DNA of 64,000 nt from Trichodelitschia bisporula (GCA_010356995.1 ML996692.1:817933-881932); one strand, 5' to 3'; shown: positions 1 to 11,447, counted from the stretch's first letter. Notes: generated from the letters alone by a model not told the origin. Program-made: numbers and translations.

Positions 1-1435
1 CCTTGCGCCCCGTGTACAATGAGTCGCTCACCACGAGCTCAGGCGCCGCGTAGCATGGACTGCCACAGCTCGTCTGCATCAGATCGCCGCGGCGGTGGCC
101 GTCGTCGCGCATCACGTCGAGGCCCATCTTCTTGACAAAGTCGCGGTTACTCAGGTTGTACTCAATCTCCTCGCCGAGTTCGTCGACGGGGTTAAAGGTA
201 TTTGCAAAGCCAAAGTCGGTGATGATGATGTTCCGATTGCGGTCAAGCAGCAAGTTCTCCAGCTTCAAATCGCGGTGGACGATGCCCTTTTTGTGCAGGT
301 AGCCGACACCAGACACAAGCTGGGCAAAGAGGCGGCGCGCCGCATTATCCTTGAGGAAGCGGTGCTGTAGGATGTAGTCGAACAGCTCACCGCCCGACGC
401 GTACTCGAGAATGATGCCGATATGGCGCTCGGTCTCAACCATCTCGTGCAGGCGAACAATGTTTGGATGTTGCAAGCCGCGCAGGATGGAAATTTCGCGG
501 TAGATCTTGGGAAGACGGGACGGATTCGTGCCCAGTGCATCGCGGCGGATCAGTTTGACGGCCACTTGGACGCCTCCATCGCGCTTCCAGCCGAGCTTGA
601 CTTTGCCGAACTCACCCTCGCCGAGTGTTTGCCCAAGGTAGTATTCGCCGAAACGCGCCTCCTTACGCGCAGGACGCTGCTCGGTGCGCTCTTGGCGCGT
701 GCGGGAACCATCATCGTTGGCGACAGGAGCAGCGGAGGCCGAATCACCGCCGTTCGGCGGCATAGGCCGCGACTCGGAGGCACGCGCGCGCTCGCGCTCA
801 ACGTCTTCCTGGGGGTCGGCAATGATGACGCGATTGATGACGGTGCTGTTCTCGCGGGGGAGATCGGTGCCCATGGGCGGTTGACCGACGGCAGTGGCCG
901 ATCTGCTGTGGCTAGGCGATGGTTTGCCTCGGTTGTTGGATGCAGCAGCAGCAGCAGCGGATTCCTGCTGCGCACGACGGCGCGCGTACTCGTCGGCGTT
1001 GGGTATCCTGGCACCAGCGTTTTCGTCACCACGAGCCATGTCGGGAGCAGGAGCGGTGGCGGTGTGAGAGCGCTGCTGCTGCTGGTTGGAGGAAGTGCGC
1101 GGCGGCGGAACGGGAGCGGAGTTCGGCGACGCGTTGGTGGCCATGGCGCGGGGAGGAGAAGTTAAGGAAGGCGCGACCGCGGAAGCCGGGGGTGATTGAT
1201 GCGACGTTGAACCATTGCTGGGACGGCGCGAAGCCTTGCGAGCTGACACCGGCAGCTGCTGAGGAGTTTGAGTCTGAGTCTGAGTCTGTGTCTGCGGCTG
1301 CTGGCCCGACGATTGCGCAGCGGATGGCGAGCCGGATGAAGGCTGCGAGTAGTACTGATCACGCGAATGAGGCGATCCCTGGTACTGACGGTTGGCGAGA
1401 GATTGCGCGCTGGGCTGCACGGCCGCCGAAGACAT
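1..1435 (-). CDS. KIN4: Ser/Thr protein kinase, Kin4/KfsA-like (Snf1/CAMKL group); 3' end runs off the window
   Basis: Continuous minus-strand frame from ATG 1435 (MSSAAVQPSAQ...) to base 1; missing from the ORF track because it has no stop in the window. Motifs LGEGEFGKVKLG, VAVK, HRDLKLEN, DFGFAN and DLMQTSCGSPCYAAPELVV follow a Q/S/P-rich N-terminus. Confidence 0.9.
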   Translation of the reverse strand, partial: MSSAAVQPSAQSLANRQYQGSPHSRDQYYSQPSSGSPSAAQSSGQQPQTQTQTQTQTPQQLPVSARKASRRPSNGSTSHQSPPASAVAPSLTSPPRAMATNASPNSAPVPPPRTSSNQQQQRSHTATAPAPDMARGDENAGARIPNADEYARRRAQQESAAAAAASNNRGKPSPSHSRSATAVGQPPMGTDLPRENSTVINRVIIADPQEDVERERARASESRPMPPNGGDSASAAPVANDDGSRTRQERTEQRPARKEARFGEYYLGQTLGEGEFGKVKLGWKRDGGVQVAVKLIRRDALGTNPSRLPKIYREISILRGLQHPNIVRLHEMVETERHIGIILEYASGGELFDYILQHRFLKDNAARRLFAQLVSGVGYLHKKGIVHRDLKLENLLLDRNRNIIITDFGFANTFNPVDELGEEIEYNLSNRDFVKKMGLDVMRDDGHRRGDLMQTSCGSPCYAAPELVVSDSLYTGRK

Positions 1436-2240
1436 TGTCCCTTCGCGCCGAAATGGCACGAAAGGAGTGTATTTGCGGGTTGTGTGGTGTGCGTGTGTAG
1501 GTTGCGGCAGATGATGAACGCGGAGAGAAGATGGGACGGCGTTTGATTAGGAGGAAGAGGTAGGGAGGGAGGCGGAATGAAAGGGTGAAGGGAGTAACGA
1601 CGATTGCAGAGAAAGATCTGACAAAGCTGCTGGACAAGATGGTGATGGTGTCTATGGAGTTAGAAGAGGATGGAGGGTGGAGGTTCAACTGGAGAGCAGT
1701 TGACGGGGCTGGCGGGTTTGGGGGAAGGTGAGGCAGGAAGGGTGTTGGTGGAGGTTTGTGGTTGTGGTAGAGGTGGTGTGTGTGTGTGTGGTGCACTGAG
1801 CGCGCACTACTTTGGGGAGAGGGCAGAGAAAGTCTTGGCCTCCTCTACAGTTGCTGAACCGGTGTGGAGAGAGGCAGATAAAGTCGGAGGTGGGCAGGAA
1901 AATGATAGGAAAGATGAGGAGGGGGTAGGAGGAGAGAGAAAGGTGAGAGAGAAAGGTGAGAGGAGAGACGCGAGCGAAGAGTTGCTGGCGTTTCACACTT
2001 TTGGGGATTGAAGCCGACGAGCGGGGAGATGATGCTGTGATGATTGCAAGCTCTTACGCAGTACTCAACTCTGCCCCAACTTTGGCGATAAACAGTGGAG
2101 CAAAAGGCAGCGCTTGGTGTTGGTGTTTACTGTGAGTACGTGCAGGTTGTCCATTGTAGAGAGAATTCCATTTCTCGTCACATCCACAATCTGCGTCTAA
2201 ATCTTTTTCTCCATCTCTCCATCTCTCCATCTCTCCACAC

Positions 2241-2268
2241 CAGCCATCAGCCATCAGCCATCAGCCAT
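2241..2268. repeat. (CAGCCAT)4 tandem repeat in the long kinase upstream region
   Basis: Four consecutive cagccat units, followed by (CTCCGT)n/(CT)n tracts at about 2394-2432. Confidence 0.9.
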
Positions 2269-2952
2269 GAACCATCTACCAACTCCGACACTCTGCCATC
2301 TCCGACACTCTCCCCATCCGCTACTACTATCACCATCACCAAACACCAAGCATCAACATCCAGACCTCGCTACAGTACTCCGTACTCCCTCTGTCTCCGT
2401 CTCCGTCTCCGTCTCTCTCTCTCTCTCTCTCGCTCTCCATTCACCCGCTGAGAAAAAAGGGGCAGGATACGGTAATCGCGTTGAAAGTCCCTCTAATGTC
2501 CGTCAAGCGGCAAGCGGCAAGCCCCAAAAGCCTCTTGGTTGCGCCACACGGACTGCAGTCTGCACAATGGCGAACATCGCGTTTCATCTTGACTTCACCT
2601 GCTTCGTCCTCCACTCATTAACACTGAACCACAGCTGTCCTCAACCCGAAGCCGCTTCCAGTGCCCATTCAGTCTCCATAATCCCCATCCACACGCACTG
2701 GTCAATGATGCATTCGGTCCATCATCCACCACTACTGCCAGCACTGCTATCATCACTGCCACCCATTCCAACCATATCTCCGGTTCCAGCCCCATCCTTT
2801 CCCCCCTCCACACCTTCCCCCCCCCCCCCTCACTGTTCAAGTGTCAAGTGCCGCTCCTCCACCAAAACACAGGCCAAAACCACAGGCCCACACCTCTCCA
2901 CGTATCCCACCGCCTCCCCCAACTAAGGAAAACCCCCACAAGGCCACCCATC

Positions 2953-2984
2953 CCATCCATCCATCCATCCATCCATCCATCCAT
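2953..2984. repeat. (CCAT)8 microsatellite
   Basis: Read directly from the sequence. Confidence 0.9.
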
Positions 2985-3923
2985 ACCGCAAATCTACCCA
3001 CCATGATCCATGCCATCCACCAAAACCTGAACAACAAACCTATCTGCCGAGCCACACCCAAAATCCTTCCAAACCCTCACATCCCCCAAAAGGCAATCTT
3101 CCAGAAGCACTCCTACTCGAGCACGAGTCGCGCGTGCGCAACCCGCGCCTCGTGCGCCAACCCTGACTTGCTACCGCAGTGCCGTACAGGTACCTGTGCA
3201 CTGCGTACCTACATTAGTTTCAACCCCACGCCCTCGACCGCTTGTGTACCATTCGGCTGCTATCGTCCGCCTCCATGCGTGTGCGCTGGCCATCGCTCCT
3301 CACCGTGGGCACCTGCTGCGTCCGTCGTGATGCACCCCCTCGTCCCCGCAGCAGCCGCAGCAGCAGCCGCAGCATCGTGCATGCAGTTCATGCGATCAAT
3401 CGCATCCCGCCTGCCCGCAAACAAGAGCATATTCCCCCTTGAGCCTGCTGCGTTGTTGGGGTGATGGGAGATAAGTTGCGCGTGTTGTGATGACACGCGA
3501 CGCGACGATGACGCGGCGATGCTGATACTGTCCCTATCACGGGCTGCGAACTGAAAGGATACCTGTTCTCTTGGTCTCTTGGTCTCTTGCCCGATGCATA
3601 GCCGGTTGGGCCCGAGGCTGTGCCTGCCTGCTATACCCCTTCCTGGTACTTAGTGTTGGGTGTAGATTGGGGGTGGTGAGGTGTTTGTTGTGTCTGCCTG
3701 AGGATGTGAAGGTTGCTGGCACGTGGGGTGGCGAATATCATGAACCTCATCATATGGCGCTGACCGAGAGTTAGGCATCTCATACATATCGTTGTTCACA
3801 CTGTCATACAATCGTAATGCTACAAAGACATCATCAAACATAAGATCAGCTTCCGACGCTTTTCAACCCCACTCCAAGGCCTCTCTCCCTCCACCGAGCC
3901 GAGGACAGGCCTCTGTTCTTTGC

Positions 3924-5879
3924 CTAGACCTTGTACAGCTCTGGATGCTCTGCCTTGATGATATCGGCACCCTGTTCTTTTATTAGCATCCGCTCAGCAG
4001 ACCCGGCAAGCAACTCACCTTTTCAGCAACCATGTACACAGCGTTCTGAATCCGACAGTCTGGGATGACAGGGAATACGCTCGCGTCAATGACCCGCAGA
4101 CCCTCCACGCCGTGTACCTTGAGCGAAGAATCCACAACGCCCTCGTCGATGCTCTTGGACAGACGAAGCGTACCACAAGGATCTGAGATCATCAGCAAAC
4201 TATCCGTCGGAAGAACAAAAGAAGAAGAAAACTAACGGAAGCCTGTCTGTGCCCGCCCCAGAATCATCTTGTTCATCGCCTCGTCCGACTGGCGAGGCAT
4301 CGGCCAGGGATAGTCCTCGCCGATGATGTCCTTCATCCCCTCACCCGTGGTGAGTATATCATCGACGAACCGAACCCCCTCCCTCAACCCCACCAAATCC
4401 AACGCATCCGAAAAGAAATTCAAATTAATCTCCGGCTGCTCCCTCGGATCCGTCGACATCAACCGCACGTACCCATTCTTCGACACGGGCCTCAACAAGT
4501 CCACAATCACCGTCAAGCTATCCCCGGTCGGCGGTGTCGGAATATGCCACTGAAACGCATCCGCAAACATCGGCACAAAGTCAATCTCGAAATGCGGCTG
4601 CCCACCAGGACCGAACGGATCGATACCCCCGTTCGCCGCCTTCCGCGCCCGATACTCTGCTGACCGCGCGAGGTACCCGTCGATGCGCGGCAGGCCCACC
4701 ATCTCCAGCAGCCCGCTGCTAAGCGGCCCGTCCTTCCGCGCGCGGTACGCGGACACGGCGCCCTCGCGCGCCGGCCCCGCCCGCAGCAGGTGGCTGTCCA
4801 GGCCGAGCCCGTCCTTGAGCCGGAACACGTGCGCGAGAATTGGGTGGTCGAGCAGGTTCTCGCCGACGTGCTTGCTGACCACCTTCGGCTCTATGCCATG
4901 CGTGGCTAGCTGGTCCACCGGGCCGATGCCGGAGAGGAGCAGTAGCTTGGGCGACTCGAAGACGCCGGAGGAGAGGATGACTTCGGATTTGGCGCTGAAG
5001 GTGTAGGAGCGGGCGTCTGGGCCGATGACGGTGACGCCGGTGACGCGTGAGCCGGAGAAGACGAGGGACTGGGCGATGGTGGAGGACATGAGTGTTACGT
5101 TTGTCTTGTCTTCCAGGTAGGACCAGGAGGACGAGCGCACGCCGGCGTAGATGCTGTTCACGCTCTTCGTCAGGCCGTGCATCGCACCGTTATAAATATC
5201 ATCCGTCAGCGCCCCCCCCTTGCTCACCCACGCCTGCTCCAGCGCCTCGCGGAACGGTCTGAGCTCCGGCAGCAGACTCGCATGGGAGACATGAATCGGC
5301 CCGCTCGTCCCAATATGCTTCAAGCTCTCGGGATACAAGCCCTCGTCGTCATGGTACGTCGCCGGCTTATCGAAATACTCGCGACACGCCTCCCAACTCC
5401 AGGTCTCGCCGCCGTACGCGCTCCACTCGTCAAACGTCTCCTTGCTGCCGCGGATCCAGGTATAGTAGTTGAGGCACGAGGACCCGCCCAGGACGCGGCC
5501 GCGGGTGTTCGGCTTCTCCACCCGCGTGTACTCTGGCCGGTCGATCAGTGTGCATTTGTAGGCCCAGTCGTATTCGCTGCCGCGCAGTTCGAAGGCGCGC
5601 GCTGGAGTGGTGATCTCGGGGATTTCGGCGGGGTTGCTGGAGGACCTGGGTGAGAAGGAGAAGGATCGTTAGGAGGAGGAAACGTACTGCTTCCCGGCTT
5701 CGATCACCAGGACCGAGACTTTGGGGTTCTCGGCCAGACGCCCGGCGACTGCGCATCCGGCGGTTCCACCTGGGGAGTTAGCTGGAGCTGGTGCAGGCTG
5801 CTGGACGGAACATACCGCCGACGACGATGAAGTCGAAAGCTGCAGGGGCTTCTTCGGGGGAGATCATGGGGTGGACCAT
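3924..5879 (-). CDS. Formate oxidase-family GMC flavoprotein oxidoreductase (5 exons)
   Basis: ATG 5879; introns about 5770-5815, 5646(or 5637)-5687, 4183-4236 and 3972-4018; stop TAG 3924. FAD motif FDFIVVGGGTAG, EKPNTRGRVLGGSS, spliced TGFHPCGT (catalytic His) and PDCRIQN. Arg sits at the second catalytic position, as in the His-Arg pair of Aspergillus oryzae formate oxidase. C-terminus ADIIKAEHPELYKV. Confidence 0.9.
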
Positions 5880-6017
5880 TTTGCTAGGGTAAGGCTGGGC
5901 AAGGCTGGATGGACTTCGAGGCGGAACTGAGTGCTGGTAGAAGGCGAGATCTCGCTGAGGCTGAACGAGGCTCGAAGCTGTGGTGATGGTGGTGCTGTAC
6001 GGTCTCGTACGACAGGG

Positions 6018-6026
6018 CTTTTATAT
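6018..6026 (-). promoter_or_regulatory. Putative TATA box (ATATAAAAG) of the GMC oxidase gene
   Basis: cttttatat on the + strand, about 140 bp upstream of ATG 5879, inside the shared divergent intergenic region. Confidence 0.5.
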
Positions 6027-6824
6027 CCCTTCCACCGTATCCTCATCCTCGTTAACAACGTCCCTTCCAGGACTGCGAACTCTCCATCTCGGACTATGAC
6101 TTCATCACCTCTGTTCTTCATCCTCATCTCCACAAAAGTGGGGTGCTCCCAAACCCCTAGCGCATAACTCACGATGACCAATCCCGCTGACCTGCTTGCT
6201 CAGAACCATCTCCATCAGAGCCGTCCAAACATACGCTTTAATCGCTCTACCACTCCCATCCGCCCAAATGTCACTGGTTGTGTTCATGAGGGGGCAACCT
6301 TACAGTCCTATGATGTCGAGGATTCTGCCCGGCTCGGCGGCACGTCGCATGAAGCCTTGCAAGGCTATATCTCGACCCATACCCGGATACCCGATCGCGC
6401 CCACTGTTACTCGGCGCCGGGGTGGCTTATACACACGGTGACAGATGCGGGGAGCGGACCGGGTGCCGACACGTGTCCGACTCGGAGTTCGCAATAGGGG
6501 GTGTTTCGATATTTTTTCTCCTGGATTGAGAGACTCGATCATCTGAAACCCGAGGGCGTCATTATTTCCGACATGGTATGTGGTGTTGTTAATCCCGACC
6601 CCGAAGCCGGAGCATTGTCCGAGGACGTAGGTGGGTCTTGGTAAGCGCCACTCAGCCTTGTGGCAGGGATGTGTGACGACGGAGAAGTGGTGAGATGGAT
6701 TGGGACATGCCATTGGTGAGTATTGTTGAGGGAGAGGTCAAGATATGACGTCTAACGTACGGTATGTTCGCAGTGAGCTATTCAGCAGCATCTCTTCACT
6801 GATTCCAGTTCCAACCTCAATCCA

Positions 6825-8694
6825 GTGTCTTCAACCCCATCAACCTCCTCCCTCCCCTCCTCCCTCCCCTCCACCACCCCCTCCATCACCCACTCCACGC
6901 CCCCCATCCCTCCCTCCCCNNNNNNNNNNNNNNNNNNNNNNNNNNNNNNNNNNNNNNNNNNNNNNNNNNNNNNNNNNNNNNNNNNNNNNNNNNNNNNNNN
7001 GCCTCGGGCCAAGCACCACCTCCCCGCGCGGCCTCCTCCTCCTCCAAGACACGCAGCTCCTCCAAACTCTCGCACACTTCAACCGCGAACGCATCCCAGA
7101 ACGCGTAGTCCACGCCCACGCCGTCGGCGCATGAGGCACCTTCCGCGCCACGCACGACGCAAGCCACCTCACGAACGCCGCCTTCCTGCGCAGGGACACG
7201 GAGAGTAAAGTCCTACTGCGCATATCGACCGTGGCGCCGGAGCGCGGTGGCGCGGAGACGGTGCGCGATGTAAAGGGGTGGGGGATCAAGATCTTCACCA
7301 GCGAGGGGAACCAAGATTTCGTGTTTAATAGCATCGTGAGTTGCTCGTCGTGTCAGGACATGATACTGATTTCCCCAAGCCCGTCTTCTTCGTCCGCGAC
7401 CCCATCAAATTCCCCAGCCTAAACCGAAGCCACAAACGGGATCCCGCGACAAACGCAGCGGACGCAGCCATGGTACTCCCCAATCTAATCCCGTCCACAG
7501 TTCTGGGACTTCCACACCACGCACCAAGAAGGCATCCACACCCTCATGGTGCTCTTCACCGCCCGCGGCACCCCAGCCTCCCTACGCCAAATCCACTCCT
7601 ACAGCGGACACACCTACAAGCTCACCCGCCCCGATGGCTCCTTCCACTACGCCAAGCTCACCTTCCGCTCTAAGCAGGGCATCCGCACCCTCACCGCCGC
7701 CGAGGCAAGTACGACCGCGGGAACCGACCCCGACTTCCACGCCCGCGACATGCGCGCCGCGATTGAAGGTGGCGACTTCCCAGCCTGGACGCTGTGCGCC
7801 CAAGCCATGACGCCGGCGCAGGCGGAAGCCGCCGCGGTGAACGTATCCGACATGACGCACGTATGGCCGCAGTCGGAGTACCCTTTGCAAGAACAAGGCT
7901 CCCTAGAATTAAACCGCAATCCAGGCAATTTCTTCGCAGAGATCGAGCAGGCGGCCTTCTCGCCGAGCATCATGGTGCCAGGCTTTGCCCCGAGCGCGGA
8001 TCCAAGTACGTCGGCCGCGCTTTCCTTCCTTTCGTTCTGGCTTGGGTCGTTCTTGCCTAGGGTTTGTGGGCAAGGAAGGTACCAATGCGGTGCAGTGCTC
8101 CAGGTGCGCGTGTTCGCCTACCCCGACGCCGCGCGCTACCACCTCGGCGCAAACTATCAACTCCTCCCATCAAACCGGCCCGTCGTGCCCGTATATGCGC
8201 CGTACCAGCGCGACGGCTTCGCGCGAACGGACGGGAACTACGGCGGGGATCCGAACTACGTGGGCTCCGCCCTGCGGGCCGTGAAGTTCGCGGAGCCCTC
8301 GGCGGCAGGGGCGGGCGTCGGGTACGAGGAGTGGGTTGGGCGGGTGAGTGAGTTTGCAACTTCGGTAGGGGAGGGGGATTTTGTGCAGCCGCGGGCATTT
8401 TGGGAGGTGTTGAAGGGGACGGGGCAGGATAGGGAGCTTGTGGGGAATTTGGTTGCCGATTTGGGAAGGGTGGGGGATGGGGGGATTAGGAAGCGGGCGG
8501 TGGAGATGTTTAGTAGGGTTGATGGGGAGCTTGGGGGACGTGTTAGGGAGGGATTGAGGGGTGTGGGTTTGGGTTGGAGTATGAATGTTTATGTTAGCTT
8601 TACTACTGTGCAATTCTGGTCTTCCCACTTACGCTCATGTCCTCCTTCTAACGTCTATCTAAGAAACAAGAGTCGGATCAGTTTGAGTCGTTGA
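6825..8694 (+). pseudogene. Small-subunit heme catalase with an in-frame stop (probable pseudogene or damaged allele; partly in an N gap)
   Basis: [28 protein letters not shown] (distal His), DFVFNSIPVFFVRDP (Asn), FWDF, and RVFAYPDAARY (proximal Tyr). TGA at 7132-7134 where GAWG is expected. Introns 7336-7379, 7473-7500 and 8006-8095. N gap 6920-7000. Confidence 0.75.
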
Positions 8695-9010
8695 ATGACA
8701 TTATCAGGGGTCGTGACCGTTGATATCTAGCCGACGATTGAGGCTCCATTTCCACTGACACTCGGGATGAGTCATTCTCTGTAGTATAAAACATTAGCTA
8801 TTAGCTTAGCATTCATGTTAGCTACTAGCTTCTAGTTCTATCCGCCAGATTCAATGCAATGGTGTCTCACAGCGCTGCCACCAGCGCTAGCACCCACGCC
8901 GCTGCATGCCCCGTTATGACCTATCCGCCGGATTCAATGCAGCAATGTCCTACCGCGTTCCCTCCAGCCTCAGCACCAACGTCCCCTCATGCCCCGTTCG
9001 AATCCTCTCC

Positions 9011-11447
9011 CTAGTCAAGGGGTGTGAGGCAAGATCCCTCACACACCTCCACAGCAGCCCCATCCACGCCTTCCTGCCCCCCAGCACCAACATTATACCC
9101 ACAAGCCACCAGTCTCCCCTCACTGATGTCCGACCAACGCACCTCCCTGATCCCATCATCTTTCGGCGTATCCACCGCCTCAAACTTGTCATACAAGCGC
9201 CGACCATTCCGGTCATATCGCTCTTCCCGAACCTCGCGATCGCGCTTCGCATACTCAAGCACAATCTCGGGATCGGCATTGTCCACGTAAACATCATCGA
9301 GCACGCGTGCTGTGCGCCACGGCGACATTACGGGCTGCCATGACGTCGCGGCCGAGATCTCGAGCATGCGCAGGGCGATGATGGCGCCCTCCTTCAGATC
9401 GTCACGGGTCAAAGTGGGCAAGATCGTTGGATCTTCTGGCAGCGGGGCAAGATCGGGGGAGGGCGGATCGGCGGGTTTCTCGTCGTAGTCGAGCCCGTTG
9501 GCGCCGTAGACGGCCTCGTCCTCATGATTGCCGTGCCAGTCGTTGCCATCTTCCTCGTACTCGTGGTCCACATCATAGTCATCATACTCCTCCCCCACCT
9601 TCCGCGCCGCATTCCGTTTCACTGCCCGCTTCCTCTTCTTCCCCCTGTCCTCCCACCGCTGCGACGCGTCCCAGCGCTGCTCGAACGGGAACGGCGGTGC
9701 AGAGGTCGGATCATTGTCGTACACACACTCGACAGCCGCGAGACGGACCTTTGAGCGCCACGTCTCGGGATCCTCGGGTTCGGACGTCGGCTCAGGGGCC
9801 TCGGGAGACTCGGGTGGAGCTTCTGGCTCCTTAGGTTTCTTGCCTTTGGTCCGCTTGCCCAGCGAGTTCATGATCATCCGGCGCGAGCTCGGCACATCCA
9901 GTCGAGCGCGCTTGGCAGTGCTGGGAGGTTCGTCTTCATCACTAGCATCGCGTGAGTGCTTTGCGCCTGCATGTGCATCATGGGTGGGTGCAACGGGTCC
10001 GATCAGGGTCGGCAATGGTTGCGGTTCGGCATCGCCGTTCACAATGCCAAGCCGCTCAAGTAATTCCCAGCGGGCGCGGACCAGTTCCGCATCGACGGCT
10101 TCAGCTCTACCGCGGTGGGCCGTGCCGTTCGGTTCATGGCTATTTGGAGTGCCGGTATTGGCTTGGTTTCCAGACTCGCTCTCCGTCACGCCGTCGGCCT
10201 GCTCCAACCGGGCGAGATCCCGCAAGTTTGCATTTGCATGTAGAAGCCCCTGCTCTTTGAGCCTCTTGAGTTTGCTCGCCTGGCGACGGCGTTTATTTCG
10301 CTCTTGAGTGTTCTTCCGACCTTGACCAGGGGGCACAGTAGTCACTGTCAAAGCAGTGGATACCTTATTGGAAGGGACCTTGCCGTTAGTCATCGGAGCC
10401 CGAGCCGGAAGCTCTTCCGGTGCTAGGTCGGATGACGAATCAGAATCGGATTCGGACCCAGATTCCTCACTGGACGAAGAAGGGCTAAGTGAGTCGGAGT
10501 CAGAGTCGGAGTCGGATTCAGAGTCGGGGCCGGAGTTGGGCTCGGAGTCGGAGTCGGCGTCGGAGCTAGAGCCCGAGTCCAACGGCGATTCGGACTTGGA
10601 CTTCCTGGCGCCGTCCAAAACCGGGACTCTTAGATTGGATTTAGAGACCTTCCGACCGACATTGGCATCAACCTCCTTCGCCTCACTCCCGGAGTCCGAT
10701 TCCGCCTCGCGATCCTCATCAGATTCCGTCTCTTCAGAAAACACATCCGATTCACTTTCCGGCAACCCGAAGTCTTCATCATCCTCGTCGTCGGAGTCAA
10801 GATCCGCCCCAGCGCTCGCAAACTGGACCCTCTTGTCGCTCACTTTACTGCGGTTACGCGAGTCAGGCGAGGCGGCGCTTTCCGAACTGAGCGTCACCTG
10901 GCGAGAATTGCGACGGAGTTCGTCGAGGAATGCGGCGAAGCTTTCCGCGTCAACGGTGTTGGGAAGCGGGAGATCTGCAAGTTCCATATCTCCGCCTTGA
11001 GCAAGCCTCGGTCTCCGAGGCGGTATTATGACTGTCGGCCGTACAGGCTGGCTGAGCCGCGGTCGGCCAAACGCCACTCCATCGTGCAAGTGTCGACCGT
11101 CGGCGGCTATCTGGTCCCGACCAGTGATTCGTCGGCTTTTGAGCTCGTTCGTTTGCAGCGGGCGGATTCTGAGACATTAGTAGGATTCAAACAAAAGCAT
11201 GCAAAACGTACGTGATTTGGTCGTCGGCATGCAGGACGTCTCGGACGTACTGCCATTGCAGGCACTCGAATCCGTTGAGCTCCAAAATGTAGTCCTCCAG
11301 CGACCATTCCTCAGACTCCAGCGAAAAGACCTGGTCTATCTCGGAAAGAAGACCGGCGACGGTTAAGTGCTTGTTGTCGTCGTTGACTAGCCAGGTGACG
11401 AGCGAAGGCGGCAGCCCGTGGCGGCACACCTCGACGAAAAGCCGCAT
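9011..11447 (-). CDS. Coilin-like nuclear protein (N-terminal ubiquitin-like domain, acidic Ser-rich centre, C-terminal Tudor-like domain)
   Basis: ATG 11447 MRLFVEVCRHGLP...LEDYILELNGFECL; a 43-nt intron (11169-11211) joins it to the 692-aa ORF. SDS tracts, basic TQERNKRRR. C-terminal LPTL...EGAIIALRMLEISAATSWQPVMSPWRTARV resembles the coilin Tudor core. Confidence 0.7.

Noticed and set aside
95..1165. Long + strand ORFs over the kinase, and similar antisense ORFs over most genes (e.g. 18172-19017, 36893-37960, 59358-60134)
   Set aside because: Antisense shadows of GC-rich genes with no recognisable motifs.
2267..3464. Pro/His/Ser-rich ORFs of about 200 aa
   Set aside because: Explained by C-rich microsatellite sequence upstream of the kinase; no domain signal.
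3860..3926. Cryptic peroxisomal PTS1 on the oxidase via readthrough or intron retention
   Set aside because: The stop context is TAG GCA and neither alternative C-terminus ends in an SKL-like tripeptide.
7132..7134. In-frame UGA read as selenocysteine
   Set aside because: The position corresponds to Trp, not Cys, and ascomycetes are not known to have Sec machinery.
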